This document shows, one piece after another, positions 1-9,686 of a stretch of 64,000 nt of DNA. The notes beneath the pieces were generated by a model. It searched no databases and was not told the origin of the DNA. It worked only from the letters and a program-made list of their open reading frames with translations. The first letter of the stretch is position 1. Each line of letters opens with the position of its first letter. The DNA comes from Simkaniaceae bacterium (GTDB lineage Bacteria; Chlamydiota; Chlamydiia; Chlamydiales; JAJFMI01): NCBI GenBank assembly GCA_040880145.1, contig JBBDIZ010000024.1, positions 1-64,000 of the forward strand, written 5' to 3'. The translations under genes were made by a program, and so were the position numbers.

Positions 1-30
1 GGACTTTCTGCCCTATCTGCCTAGACCAAT

Positions 31-240
31 TTACAGAAACAATGTTGCACTACCCCCTCTTACGCCTTGTGGCACAAAATAAGCATAAACAGCTAAAACA
101 ATAAGCGGCCCGACGACCTCAAAGAAAAATAACTTCACATACATTAATATAAACACACTTCCACTAATTTGAGCTGTCAGGTTAAACTCACCCTTAAAGG
201 TTGTCAAGTCTTTCCAGGGGCCTTGCAGGGCATATGACAT
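31..240 (-). CDS. Short hydrophobic ORF, possibly a gene fragment
   Basis: 69-aa ORF with a hydrophobic second half; no family recognised; lies at the window edge. Confidence 0.2.
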   Translation of the reverse strand: MSYALQGPWKDLTTFKGEFNLTAQISGSVFILMYVKLFFFEVVGPLIVLAVYAYFVPQGVRGGSATLFL

Positions 241-441
241 TAAAAAATTAATTTGAGAAGTTTTTCTCTATATTTTGGATTAGTCGCAGTAGCTATTCGT
301 TTTTCCCGCTTTTGTCGCAAGCTTTCGAATCGTGGCAAGGTTCTGAGCTCCTATTCGATCTCTATACCGTTAGTAGAAGATAGCAAAGAGTCTATATTTG
401 AGTTTGGAGAACCCGGAAAGCTTTTCTGCTGCCTCATCAAC

Positions 442-456
442 ATTTAATCGACTATA
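442..456. repeat. Isolated terminus of family-A palindromic element
   Basis: ATTTAATCGACTATA is identical to the last 15 nt of the 48645-48816 element. Confidence 0.55.
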
Positions 457-467
457 ATTGGAATTTG

Positions 468-1031
468 TTAAGATTTTTTTATAGAGAGAGTTGAGCAACA
501 CATCCAATCTTGATTTAGAATAAATTGTGTGTCTAAAGTAAAAAACTTAATAATGTTATTATTTAGTTCTTCTGTTTTTTGATCAACGTATCTGTAATTG
601 TAAGAATCAAGAAACTCATCATTGTTAATGATAGTTTGGATATAGTTTTTTTTGTTTAGTAAAGAAGAGAGGTGTTTAGGTTTAAAATATTTTTTTGTTC
701 TTTTGTCGACCTCTTTGAGAACCTTTAAGCTTGGGAATTGATCAAATCGAAACGAGCAAGCACTATTTGAAAAAGTTGATTCAATAAAATCAGTGAATTT
801 TCTCTGTGTACAATGGCCTTCGTATTTTTTGACTTCAATAAGAGTGAAATACCAATGTTTACATATTGTAGAAATTTTTTTAACCGAATCAAGATCATTG
901 ATAACATAGATAATTATTTTTTCAAAAACTTCTTGAGGTAAAGTAATTTTTTTAGAATTTTCATTGTTATGATTAAGGTTAGAGAAAGTCGTCAAAGTTT
1001 GAATTTTATAATCTAAACTAATGCTCATCAA
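468..1031 (-). CDS. F-box-like domain protein, candidate secreted effector
   Basis: TLPQEVFEKIIIYV...VKKISTICKHWY fits the F-box pattern LPxE(I/V)xxxI...(V/I)CKxW; AT-rich gene. Confidence 0.7.
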   Translation of the reverse strand: MMSISLDYKIQTLTTFSNLNHNNENSKKITLPQEVFEKIIIYVINDLDSVKKISTICKHWYFTLIEVKKYEGHCTQRKFTDFIESTFSNSACSFRFDQFPSLKVLKEVDKRTKKYFKPKHLSSLLNKKNYIQTIINNDEFLDSYNYRYVDQKTEELNNNIIKFFTLDTQFILNQDWMCCSTLSIKKS

Positions 1032-1067
1032 ATATACAATTTTTTTTTAAAAAATAGTTAATCAATA

Positions 1068-2885
1068 TTATTCTTCGTCTGATTTGAGGACTTCCATGAA
1101 GGCAGATTGGGGGATGGAAACCTTGCCGATTTCTTTCATGCGCTTTTTGCCTTTTTTTTGCTTTTCAAGAAGCTTGCGTTTTCGTGTGATATCGCCCCCA
1201 TAGCATTTTGCGGTGACATTTTTAGAAAGGGACGAAATGGTTTCTCGTCCAATGATTTTTCCGCCAATAGCAGCTTGTATAGGAACCTTAAATTGCTGTC
1301 TGGGGATGACTTTTTTGAGTTTTTTGCAAAGTGCTCGTCCTCTGAATTCAGCTTTTGATCGGTGGACGAGGCAGGAGAAAGCGTCTACAGGCTCTTCGTT
1401 GACGCGGACCTCAAGCTTTACGATGTCTCCCTTTTGATATGAGTCAAACTCATAGTCAAATGACCCATAACCTTTTGTAATTGATTTGAGTCGATCGTTG
1501 AAATCGGTAATGATCTCATTCATAGGAAGGCGGTAGGTGAGTAGAAGACGGGTCTGATCCATTGTTTCGGTTTTGATGAGATCACCTCGTTTCTCTGTTC
1601 CAAGATTCATAATAGCGCCAAGAAAGTCGTTTGGAACCATGATATGACAGACGGCCCAGGGCTCTTCGATGTTTTGGATATGGGCTGGATCGGGATAGTG
1701 GGCCGGGTTGTCGATTTCTATGTTTTGACCATTTGAAAGGGCAACTTTATAGACAACGCTTGGGGCGGTTGTAATAATATCGAGGTCGAATTCACGTTGC
1801 AGACGTTCAAAGGTGATTTCTAAGTGTAGAAGACCTAAAAACCCACAGCGAAAACCAAAGCCAAGAGCCAAGCTGCTCTCTTGCTCGACATGGAGGGCGG
1901 AATCATTGAGCTGAAGTTTAACGAGGGCTTCACGTAAATCTTCAAAATCAGAGGTGTCGACAGGGTAGATGCCTGCAAACACGACGGGATTGATTAAGCG
2001 GAATCCGGGCAGGGCCTCACTTGCCCCCTCTTTTTGGGTTGTTAGGGTATCGCCAATTTTGACATCGCTTGTTTTTTTGATATTTGCCACCAAGTATCCA
2101 ACTTCACCCGGACGCAAGATATTTGTCGCTTTTTCATTCGGAGTAAAGATGCCCACTTCATTGACATCAAACCCTTTATTTGTAGCCATAAAGTGAACTT
2201 TATCGCCTTTTTTCACCTCTCCACTAATAATACGAAGGTAGACCATCACACCGCGATAAGGGTCGTAGTGGGAATCAAAGACTAAAGCTCTTAAGCGATT
2301 ATCAATGGGCTCCTTCGGCGGAGGGGTTAGCTTGACAATCATCTCTAAAATAGCTTCGATGCCAAGACCGGTCTTGGCGGAGCAATAGACGGCATTGTCT
2401 GTCTCAATTCCGATCACATCTTCAATTTGCTGTTTAATTCGATCAGGATCTGCAGCAGGGAGGTCGATCTTATTAAGTATGGGCATAATCTCTAAGTCGC
2501 GTTCAACGGCTAAAAAGACATTGGCAAGCGTTTGCGCTTGGACTCCTTGCGCTGCGTCGACAACTAGCAGGGCCCCCTCGCATGCTGAAAGCGAGCGTGA
2601 AACCTCATAGGAAAAATCGACGTGACCTGGAGTGTCGATGAAATTAAACTGGTAGATCTCTCCATCTTTTGCCGTGTAGAGCATGGTCACAGGATGAGCC
2701 TTAATTGTAATGCCGCGCTCTCTTTCTAACTCCATATCATCGAGAAGCTGCTCTTGCATGTCACGCTTTTCTACAGCTCCTGTAAATTCTAAAAGGCGAT
2801 CTGCAATGGTGGATTTTCCATGATCGATATGGGCAATGATCGAGAAGTTTCGGATCTTTTGAAGTGAATAAATAAAGTTAGACAT
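1068..2885 (-). CDS. lepA: Translation elongation factor 4 (LepA)
   Basis: [24 protein letters not shown] and C-terminal [18 protein letters not shown] motifs. Confidence 0.98.
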   Translation of the reverse strand: MSNFIYSLQKIRNFSIIAHIDHGKSTIADRLLEFTGAVEKRDMQEQLLDDMELERERGITIKAHPVTMLYTAKDGEIYQFNFIDTPGHVDFSYEVSRSLSACEGALLVVDAAQGVQAQTLANVFLAVERDLEIMPILNKIDLPAADPDRIKQQIEDVIGIETDNAVYCSAKTGLGIEAILEMIVKLTPPPKEPIDNRLRALVFDSHYDPYRGVMVYLRIISGEVKKGDKVHFMATNKGFDVNEVGIFTPNEKATNILRPGEVGYLVANIKKTSDVKIGDTLTTQKEGASEALPGFRLINPVVFAGIYPVDTSDFEDLREALVKLQLNDSALHVEQESSLALGFGFRCGFLGLLHLEITFERLQREFDLDIITTAPSVVYKVALSNGQNIEIDNPAHYPDPAHIQNIEEPWAVCHIMVPNDFLGAIMNLGTEKRGDLIKTETMDQTRLLLTYRLPMNEIITDFNDRLKSITKGYGSFDYEFDSYQKGDIVKLEVRVNEEPVDAFSCLVHRSKAEFRGRALCKKLKKVIPRQQFKVPIQAAIGGKIIGRETISSLSKNVTAKCYGGDITRKRKLLEKQKKGKKRMKEIGKVSIPQSAFMEVLKSDEE

Positions 2886-2919
2886 AGCACCGGAATTTTA
2901 GCAAAAATAGGATTGAGGA

Positions 2920-2945
2920 TCAATTGAATCTTAAATGATAAAAAA
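2920..2945. repeat. Fragment of the family-A terminal inverted repeat
   Basis: TCAATTGAATCTTAAATGATAAAAA versus TCGATTGAATCTTAAATGATAAAAA in the 51394-51565 element (one mismatch). Confidence 0.7.
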
Positions 2946-2972
2946 AAACCCTTCTTTTTAAGGAAGGGTTTT
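2941..2972 (-). terminator. Intrinsic terminator downstream of npt1
   Basis: AAAACCCTTC/GAAGGGTTTT stem followed on the minus strand by a long T run. Confidence 0.75.
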
Positions 2973-3005
2973 ATGTTCACCTGATTTGCATCAGTGATTC
3001 TAAGC

Positions 3006-4583
3006 TTAAGTTGCGGCAGGAGCCTCTTCTGTCTTAGAAGCGACTTTAATCGTTTCTGCAGCTTCTTCGGCTTCATTGGCTTCAAATTTAGCAGAAACTT
3101 CTGTGTACTGTTTGCTGAGGGATTTTGCAGCAATAAGCCAAGCAGTGATAACACCAAGCAAGATAAGAGCGACGTAAGGGGTTATAGCTGAGACGGAGCC
3201 AAGTGCTAAAATCAAGCCCATTTGAATAAATGAACCGCCTGATTTTCCAAGACGAGCTCCGACAACGTCAATTGCCGCTTTACCTTTTACTTTTTGCTCT
3301 TGATCAAGTGGGATGTAAGCCATCTCTTTTGTCGGATCAAAGAGAGAGTATTTACTTGATTTACTCATGATGTTTTGGACTGTCCCAAAGACGACAGCTA
3401 GCATGACAGGAGACATTCCGAGTGAAGCGATCAAGCCTCCAAGAGAATCTCTTCCCATAATAAAGCTGAAGAAACAGACGCCGCTGATAAGGAGAACGAT
3501 TGGAGTAAACATTGCAGCATATCCCCATCCTTTTCGCCGGATCATATTTCCACCTACAAAGAGCATCATAATAATAGAGACATATCCCATGATTGAGGAA
3601 TACATTCCCATGAACGCGCTGTATTCATTAGGGTTGGGGTATTGTAGTTTAAGCTGCCCCTTCCAGGTGACTTCAACAATGTTAATGCTGAGTCCATAAG
3701 CCATAACAAGAATACAGATACAGCCGAGATATTTTGATTTTGAAAGATAAAGAAAACTTTCCTTTAAAGACATCTTGGGTTTGTCTTTCTTCTTTTTGAT
3801 CTCATTCGACGCGACAGAGAAGCGGGGATCTGTTAAGACGAAGCGGTTGATGTACCAGTAGACACCCATAATAAGAAGGCCGGATATAACAACGATACCC
3901 ATCATAAGGTTTAATGAGACTTGCCACGCATCAACACCTTCAGGGAGTTTGTTTCGGATATTGGAACATTTGATGATGACATATCCTGAAACGGGGAGAG
4001 CGACGTTAGCTCCCATTCCGAATAAGTTATAGAAACGCTTGGATTCTGAAGTTCGAGTCGTGTCGTTTGCAAATCCCCAAAAAAGTAGAGAGAGCGCTAC
4101 AGAGCCCCAAAGTTCAGCCATGATATAGAAAAGGGAGAATGTCCAGTTTCTAATGACAGCAATAAATCCCATAAATCCCTGTGGAAGAGAATTTTGTAAA
4201 CTGTCGCAAAGCGCGTTAGGATGTAAAACATCTCGCAGCGGGTAGAGAACAGTAGAAAAAATGGCGAAAAAAACAATAAAGGGAGAGACAGTTGTATAAA
4301 AAAGAGCCTTTTTACTTAAGACATTACTGAGCTTTGAGTAAATGATCATAAAAAGGATCGCCATGGGTAAAACGCCCCATAGTTTTAAAAAGGTAATGGT
4401 CTCTGCTCCTGATCCATTTGCAGTTACGATAAGGGTGTCTTTTGTATCCCTTAATATCGTATAGTTAAAAAGAATTAAGAAAAAGAGAGCGAGCATTGGA
4501 AGGAGCTTTTTAAGCTCAAAGTTATGGATCGGCCAAAGAATCGACCTCCACTTTCCAAATTCCGGTTGAGTTGACTGTGACAT
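3006..4583 (-). CDS. npt1: ATP/ADP translocase (NTT/TLC family nucleotide transporter)
   Basis: FNYTILRDTKD, ELWGS, KYSLFDPTKEMAYIPLD and GARLGKSGG motifs; polytopic membrane protein next to lepA as in Chlamydia. Confidence 0.93.
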   Translation of the reverse strand: MSQSTQPEFGKWRSILWPIHNFELKKLLPMLALFFLILFNYTILRDTKDTLIVTANGSGAETITFLKLWGVLPMAILFMIIYSKLSNVLSKKALFYTTVSPFIVFFAIFSTVLYPLRDVLHPNALCDSLQNSLPQGFMGFIAVIRNWTFSLFYIMAELWGSVALSLLFWGFANDTTRTSESKRFYNLFGMGANVALPVSGYVIIKCSNIRNKLPEGVDAWQVSLNLMMGIVVISGLLIMGVYWYINRFVLTDPRFSVASNEIKKKKDKPKMSLKESFLYLSKSKYLGCICILVMAYGLSINIVEVTWKGQLKLQYPNPNEYSAFMGMYSSIMGYVSIIMMLFVGGNMIRRKGWGYAAMFTPIVLLISGVCFFSFIMGRDSLGGLIASLGMSPVMLAVVFGTVQNIMSKSSKYSLFDPTKEMAYIPLDQEQKVKGKAAIDVVGARLGKSGGSFIQMGLILALGSVSAITPYVALILLGVITAWLIAAKSLSKQYTEVSAKFEANEAEEAAETIKVASKTEEAPAAT

Positions 4584-4658
4584 ATGCTTATCCTATAAAG
4601 ACTATTTGTTTAGAACAATCTATTATAGAGATGTCTGCGGAGAAATCAAGAGAAAAAT

Positions 4659-4691
4659 TCTCCTGGATGCATTAGAAAGATCACCCAGGAG
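4659..4691 (-). terminator. Possible terminator hairpin downstream of the 4703-5245 gene
   Basis: CTCCTGG...CCAGGAG inverted repeat immediately after the stop codon. Confidence 0.4.
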
Positions 4692-4702
4692 TAATAAAAA
4701 AT

Positions 4703-5245
4703 TTATTCTTCGAATGCAGGTGCGTACTCAGAGGCAGCAGCTTGTGCAATCAAATATTGTGCATTGACTGATTCCACATAGGAATTCCATAGATCCTGGT
4801 CGACAATTCCATGGCGAATTGCTGTTGACAACTCTCTTTTACAAACGGCAAGAGATTTTTTAGGGCTTAAAAGAGAGACCATTTCTTTATCTCCGGCAAG
4901 TTTAGCCATGTTTAGAAGTCTTTCAAGTTGTCCCTTTGTAAAAGTAAGTTGATCGCGGCGTTTTCTAGAACCTCTTGGCGCTCTTTGCTTAGGGGGGATT
5001 ACGGGAGGCGCTGTGGATTTGATAATATGTTTTTCAATTAAGGCTGAGAGTTGTTCAGGCTTTTTTTTCTTCATTTTTCTTAGTGTAAAATGGTGAATGT
5101 AGCCTCCAGTCTTTACTGGAATGTATTTACATAAATCATTTTCTTTTCTTGCGTTAACTTTAGCAATTGCTTTAGCAATAACCTCTTCAAGCTCTTTTAA
5201 AGCTTTTGGGTTTTGCTTGACAGTTTCTTCTTCTGTAAAGCTCAT
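4703..5245 (-). CDS. Conserved chlamydial hypothetical protein (positional CT066 equivalent), basic
   Basis: 180-aa Lys/Arg-rich ORF with GAGGAAGG RBS; sits between npt1 and ytgA as recalled for Chlamydia. Confidence 0.75.
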   Translation of the reverse strand: MSFTEEETVKQNPKALKELEEVIAKAIAKVNARKENDLCKYIPVKTGGYIHHFTLRKMKKKKPEQLSALIEKHIIKSTAPPVIPPKQRAPRGSRKRRDQLTFTKGQLERLLNMAKLAGDKEMVSLLSPKKSLAVCKRELSTAIRHGIVDQDLWNSYVESVNAQYLIAQAAASEYAPAFEE

Positions 5246-5411
5246 AGTGTCCTTCCTCTTGTCAATTTAGAATAAAAAAATCATTTTTTTTGAAAATTAT
5301 TCTTCAAATTAGTCATCTTTTGCCTAATTGAACAATTTATGTCAAAAGCTTTTCAAAACAGCAAAATGATTTCAAAATTCACTCTAGAATAATATTTCGC
5401 ACTGCTTAATA

Positions 5412-5484
5412 TATACCGAAACAACTTCAAAAATTGATTTTGTCCGCGGAGCGAAAATCCAATTATTGAAGTTGTTTCGGTATA
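5412..5484. mobile_element. Family-B palindromic miniature element (73 bp, most complete copy)
   Basis: Perfect 19-bp terminal inverted repeat TATACCGAAACAACTTCAA / TTGAAGTTGTTTCGGTATA; related copies elsewhere in the window. Confidence 0.8.
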
Positions 5485-5717
5485 ATAATTCATTTACCCC
5501 CATAAACGTTTATTATCAGTAGTTAATCATTTATGGCGTTTGTGAGTTAATTAAAAAGCAATGCTTGGATACGACCATATAATAATTCCTGATTTAATTT
5601 CGAGAAAAATTTATTTTTTATGAAAATTTCCGTTTGAAATAGAAGAGAAATCTTATCTTGGGTAAAAAAACCTTTTTTGGGATAATCTTGATCTCGGTGT
5701 TATTAAAGGTTGTTCTA

Positions 5718-6668
5718 GTGTATAAAAAAATTATTTTCATTACATCCCTTTTACTTTTTTTTGGGTGTTCGTCTCATTCTGCTTACGCTTTACCCCTCTC
5801 AAAATGGATGGAGAATAATGGGAAGCTTAAAGTTCTTTCTACTACTGCAATAATCGATAATGTTGTAGCTGAAATTGGTGGAGAGGAAATCGACCACATT
5901 CCCTTGATTGTAGGAGAAATAGACCCTCATAGTTATGAGCTCGTTAAGGGGGACGCGGAAAAACTGTATTTTGCTGAGCTTATATTTTCTAACGGCCTTG
6001 GTTTAGAGCATGGAGCTTCATTGCAGGCGGTTTTGAAGAATCAGGACAATGTGGTGGCACTTGGCAATTCTCTTTCAAAAGAGGATCTAATTGAAATGAA
6101 TCACATCTATGACCCCCATTTTTGGATGGATGCCGGTCTTATGTCTAAAGTAATCCCGCTTGTTGTGAAGGCTTTATCAGAAAAAAAACCGGAGTTTGCG
6201 GATGTTTTTAAGAGCAGGGGTAAGCGGTATCAAGAAGAGCTTCTTGATCTCGATAAAAGGGTGCTTTCCATCATTGAGTCGATCCCGGAAAAGAGGCGCT
6301 ATCTCGTTACAAGTCATGACGCTTTTAATTATTTTTCAAGACGTTACTTGTCTTTAGAGGCAGATGATTTTGAGGAGAGGTTTAAGGCTCCTGAAGGCTT
6401 AGCCCCGGATGGTCAAATTTCTACTCATCATATTCAAGAAATTTTAGACCATCTAAAAGTTCATAATATTGAAACCCTCTTTCCTGAATCAAATGTTAGC
6501 CGCGATTCGATCAAAAAAATTATATCTTCAGGTAAGCGTTTAGGGTTGTCGATCAAAATAGCAGAGGAGCCTCTTTACGGAGACGCGCTTGGCCCAAAAG
6601 GCTCTTACATTGGGATGCTTGAGTATAATGCAGAGGTTATTGAAAAGAATCTAGGTAAGGATTCATGA
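5718..6668 (+). CDS. ytgA: Metal (Fe/Mn/Zn) ABC transporter substrate-binding lipoprotein
   Basis: DPHSYE, DPHFWMD and SHDAFNYF motifs of the TroA family; a GTG start at 5718 gives a signal peptide with lipobox LFFGC (ORF track starts at 5658). Confidence 0.9.
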   Translation: MYKKIIFITSLLLFFGCSSHSAYALPLSKWMENNGKLKVLSTTAIIDNVVAEIGGEEIDHIPLIVGEIDPHSYELVKGDAEKLYFAELIFSNGLGLEHGASLQAVLKNQDNVVALGNSLSKEDLIEMNHIYDPHFWMDAGLMSKVIPLVVKALSEKKPEFADVFKSRGKRYQEELLDLDKRVLSIIESIPEKRRYLVTSHDAFNYFSRRYLSLEADDFEERFKAPEGLAPDGQISTHHIQEILDHLKVHNIETLFPESNVSRDSIKKIISSGKRLGLSIKIAEEPLYGDALGPKGSYIGMLEYNAEVIEKNLGKDS

Positions 6669-7438
6669 GCAAAGCAGCCTTGCAATTCATAGATCTTTCT
6701 GTTCTATATGATGGCGGGTATGCTCTTTTTAATATTAACTGCACACTTCCTGAAAAACAGATGATTGCAATTGTTGGGCCAAATGGTGCCGGGAAAAGCA
6801 CGCTCATTAAGTCGGCGATTTCACTCATTCGGCCTAAACAAGGCCGAGTTGAATTTTTCGGCCTTCCTTACAAAAAGATTAAAGAAAAAATAGCGTATAT
6901 TCCACAAAGAGGATCGATTGACTGGGATTTCCCAATAACGGCATTTGAAGTGGTATTAATGGGGCGGTTTGGCCGGTTAGGGCCTCTTCGATGGCCCCGG
7001 CGTTCTGACAAAGAAGCGGCCCAACGTATCATGGAACGATTGAAAATTTGGGATTTAGCTGAAAGACAAATTTCAAAACTTTCCGGGGGGCAGCAGCAGC
7101 GTCTTTTTTTAGCGCGGGCTCTTCTTCAAGAAGCCGATCTCTACTTTTTGGACGAACCTTTTCAAGGGATTGATAAGGCATCTGAATCGATGTTGTTTGA
7201 TCTATTTAAAGAGTTGAAGAGCGAAGGGAAGACTTTAATTGTTGTTCATCATGATTTGAATACGCTTGAAGCCCATTTTGACCATCTCCTTCTTCTCAAC
7301 AAAAGGCTAATTGCAAGCGGTCCTATTGAAAAAACCTTTACCCCTGAAAACATCAATCGCTGTTACGGTCAAGAGGTTCAAATTTTTATCGAAGCTGCTA
7401 GGCTAAAGCAGGAAAAAACAAAAGGTGAGAGCCTTTGA
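6665..7438 (+). CDS. ytgB: Metal ABC transporter ATP-binding protein
   Basis: GPNGAGKST, LSGGQQQR, LDEPF, VHHDL. Confidence 0.92.
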   Translation: MSKAALQFIDLSVLYDGGYALFNINCTLPEKQMIAIVGPNGAGKSTLIKSAISLIRPKQGRVEFFGLPYKKIKEKIAYIPQRGSIDWDFPITAFEVVLMGRFGRLGPLRWPRRSDKEAAQRIMERLKIWDLAERQISKLSGGQQQRLFLARALLQEADLYFLDEPFQGIDKASESMLFDLFKELKSEGKTLIVVHHDLNTLEAHFDHLLLLNKRLIASGPIEKTFTPENINRCYGQEVQIFIEAARLKQEKTKGESL

Positions 7439-8736
7439 GCGTTTTTTTTAAGCCCTTCTTTGATCCTGTGCTGTTTGCTCCGATGCTTGGATCGATTCTA
7501 ATGTGCGTTTCAAGCAGTTTGGTGGGTGTTCTGATTTTTGTTAAAAAACGCTCCCTTCTTGGAGAAGCCCTTTCTCATGCCGCCTATCCGGGTGTTGTGT
7601 TGAGCGTGCTGCTCTTTTCTCTTTTTTTCCCTTATTCAGAGGAGCTCCTGTCGATCACGATTTTAATCGGTGCTTTTATCAGTAGCCTATTAGGGCTCTA
7701 TCTAATCAACTTTATCAAGAAGAGATGGCGGATTTCAGATGATATGGCCTTGACCTTTACGTTAGCTTCTTTTTTAGGAATTGGAATATTAGGGGCTTCT
7801 TTTCTTCAACAAACAAAAGCTCTTTTTTTTACACAGATTAATCTTTTTTTATATGGGCAAGTGGCAACAATGCGGGAAGGGCACGTCCTTCTTTATGCTT
7901 TTTTGATGATTCTGGTTTCTGTTTTTCTCATTGGAGCCTATCACAGTTTACTTGCAATCCATTTTGATGAACAATTTTCCAAATCAATCGGTATAAATGT
8001 TCAATTTTTTGAAATGATTAGTTTTTACCTTTTTGTATTAGCAATTATCATTGGCATTCGGACTGTCGGTGTGATTTTAATGAGCGGAATGTTGATTGCG
8101 CCCGCTTTAGCAGCAAGGCAGTGGACAGCTTCTTTATCTAAACTCTTTCTTATTTCGGCTTTATTTGGGATGATTTCAGCCTATTTTGGAACAATGCTGA
8201 GTATAATAAGTCCCAAGACTCTCATTCTTCCTCCTGGACCCATGATCATATTAATGGCGAGTGCTCTTGTATTTTTCTCCCTTCTCTTTTCTCCGAGCCG
8301 GGGACTTTTCTTGAAGTATATTCGTCGAAAAATATTTGAAAGAGAAACCATTCGAGATGATATTCTCAAGTTCGCCTGGAAAAACCAAGGTGAGTTTGAC
8401 TCAAAAAAATACAAACTTTTTTTTCCTCCTTCCAATCTCTACCTCCATTATTTTTTGCGAAAAATGGAGCGTGAAGGGTACCTCATTTTTACAAAGAAAA
8501 AGGGGTATTTACTGTCGCCTGATGGAGAAAAGCGCGCATTAAAAATTGTAAGGCTTCACCGCCTGTGGGAGGTTTATCTTTTTGACTATTTAGGCATGAA
8601 AGAAGAAAACGTCCATACTTCTGCTTGCGAAATGGAACATATATTAACTCCCAGGTTAGAGAGTGAGCTATCTCAACTATTGGGAGATCCAAGGAGGGAT
8701 CCGCATCACCAGCCGATACCTCGAGGTGATCTATGA
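7435..8736 (+). CDS. ytgC: Metal ABC permease fused to a C-terminal DtxR-like repressor domain (YtgC-YtgR)
   Basis: ABC-3 permease motif EALSHAAYPG, followed by RLHRLWEVYL...ACEMEH...DPHHQPIP, typical of the DtxR/MntR metal-binding domain. Confidence 0.9.
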   Translation: MSVFFKPFFDPVLFAPMLGSILMCVSSSLVGVLIFVKKRSLLGEALSHAAYPGVVLSVLLFSLFFPYSEELLSITILIGAFISSLLGLYLINFIKKRWRISDDMALTFTLASFLGIGILGASFLQQTKALFFTQINLFLYGQVATMREGHVLLYAFLMILVSVFLIGAYHSLLAIHFDEQFSKSIGINVQFFEMISFYLFVLAIIIGIRTVGVILMSGMLIAPALAARQWTASLSKLFLISALFGMISAYFGTMLSIISPKTLILPPGPMIILMASALVFFSLLFSPSRGLFLKYIRRKIFERETIRDDILKFAWKNQGEFDSKKYKLFFPPSNLYLHYFLRKMEREGYLIFTKKKGYLLSPDGEKRALKIVRLHRLWEVYLFDYLGMKEENVHTSACEMEHILTPRLESELSQLLGDPRRDPHHQPIPRGDL

Positions 8737-9686
8737 CACCATATTGGGGGCAGGGTTTTTTTCAATTTTTCTTTATTTTTTTTCATCGCCTTTTTCAAAT
8801 TGTTCAGGGAAAAATCGCTTTTTCAGATCTGGCTCCGGATGAAGTTCAAATTTTTGCCCTCGTTCTTATTGGACTCTCGACGAGTTTAGTTGGAGCTTTT
8901 CTCTACCTTCGAAAAATGGCAATGATCGCTAATTCTTTGACTCACACCTTGCTTGTGGGGATTATTCTTACCTTTTTGCTCTTTATGCCTTCTAAAAAAG
9001 AGGAGGTCTTTTTAAACCTTCAGCAGCTTCTTCTTGCTGCTTTTTTTACAGCTTGTCTGACGACTTTTCTTACCGAAGGAATGATCAAAATTTTTAAAGT
9101 ACAAGAGGATGCCAGTATTGGGATTGTCTTTACAACGCTCTTTGCTCTCGGAATCGTTTTAGTAACGCTTTTCACTCGAAATGCGCACATTGGCACAGAA
9201 ATTATCATGGGAAATTTAGACGCAGTCCGTGCTAAAGATCTACCGATTCTCTTCTGGGTATTTTTTTTAAATTTAGCACTTTTTGGGCTCTTTTTTAAAG
9301 AATATAAAGTCACCTCTTTTGATCCTTTATTTTCCAGGAGTATCGGAGTAGCGGCGATTTTTTTTCACTACTTGCTGATGCTGCAAGTGGCTCAAACTGC
9401 AATTGGCGGGTTTCGATCCGTTGGGGTTGTCATGATTTTAGGTCTCTTTACAGGGCCCCCTCTGATTGCGCGGCTTTTCTCTGATACAGTCTTAAAAATG
9501 ATCCTACTCTCTTTTTTGATCACTTTGATTACCGCACTTCTATCTGTAGCCTTTACCCGCCATTTTTTATCAAAATATGGGCTTGCTCTTTCGACATCGG
9601 GATTTTATGTCACTTTAATTTTTCTCTTCTTTCTACTGGCAATATCGGGAAAGGGTCTTCAAAGAAAATGGAGGAAAGTTTGTTAA
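8733..9686 (+). CDS. ytgD: Metal ABC transporter permease
   Basis: Hydrophobic ABC-3 permease (ANSLTHT, EDASIGIVFTTLFALG); fourth gene of the operon. Confidence 0.9.
   Translation: MTPYWGQGFFQFFFIFFHRLFQIVQGKIAFSDLAPDEVQIFALVLIGLSTSLVGAFLYLRKMAMIANSLTHTLLVGIILTFLLFMPSKKEEVFLNLQQLLLAAFFTACLTTFLTEGMIKIFKVQEDASIGIVFTTLFALGIVLVTLFTRNAHIGTEIIMGNLDAVRAKDLPILFWVFFLNLALFGLFFKEYKVTSFDPLFSRSIGVAAIFFHYLLMLQVAQTAIGGFRSVGVVMILGLFTGPPLIARLFSDTVLKMILLSFLITLITALLSVAFTRHFLSKYGLALSTSGFYVTLIFLFFLLAISGKGLQRKWRKVC

Noticed and set aside
1..30. GAAAGTCC on the minus strand resembling the RNase P RNA signature
   Set aside because: The signature is GAGGAAAGTCC; here it reads GCAGAAAGTCC and the window ends, so it cannot be supported.
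253..447. 64-aa plus-strand ORF or possible further repeat element
   Set aside because: TTG start, no RBS and no recognisable motif; only the last 15 nt match family A and I could not find a matching left end.
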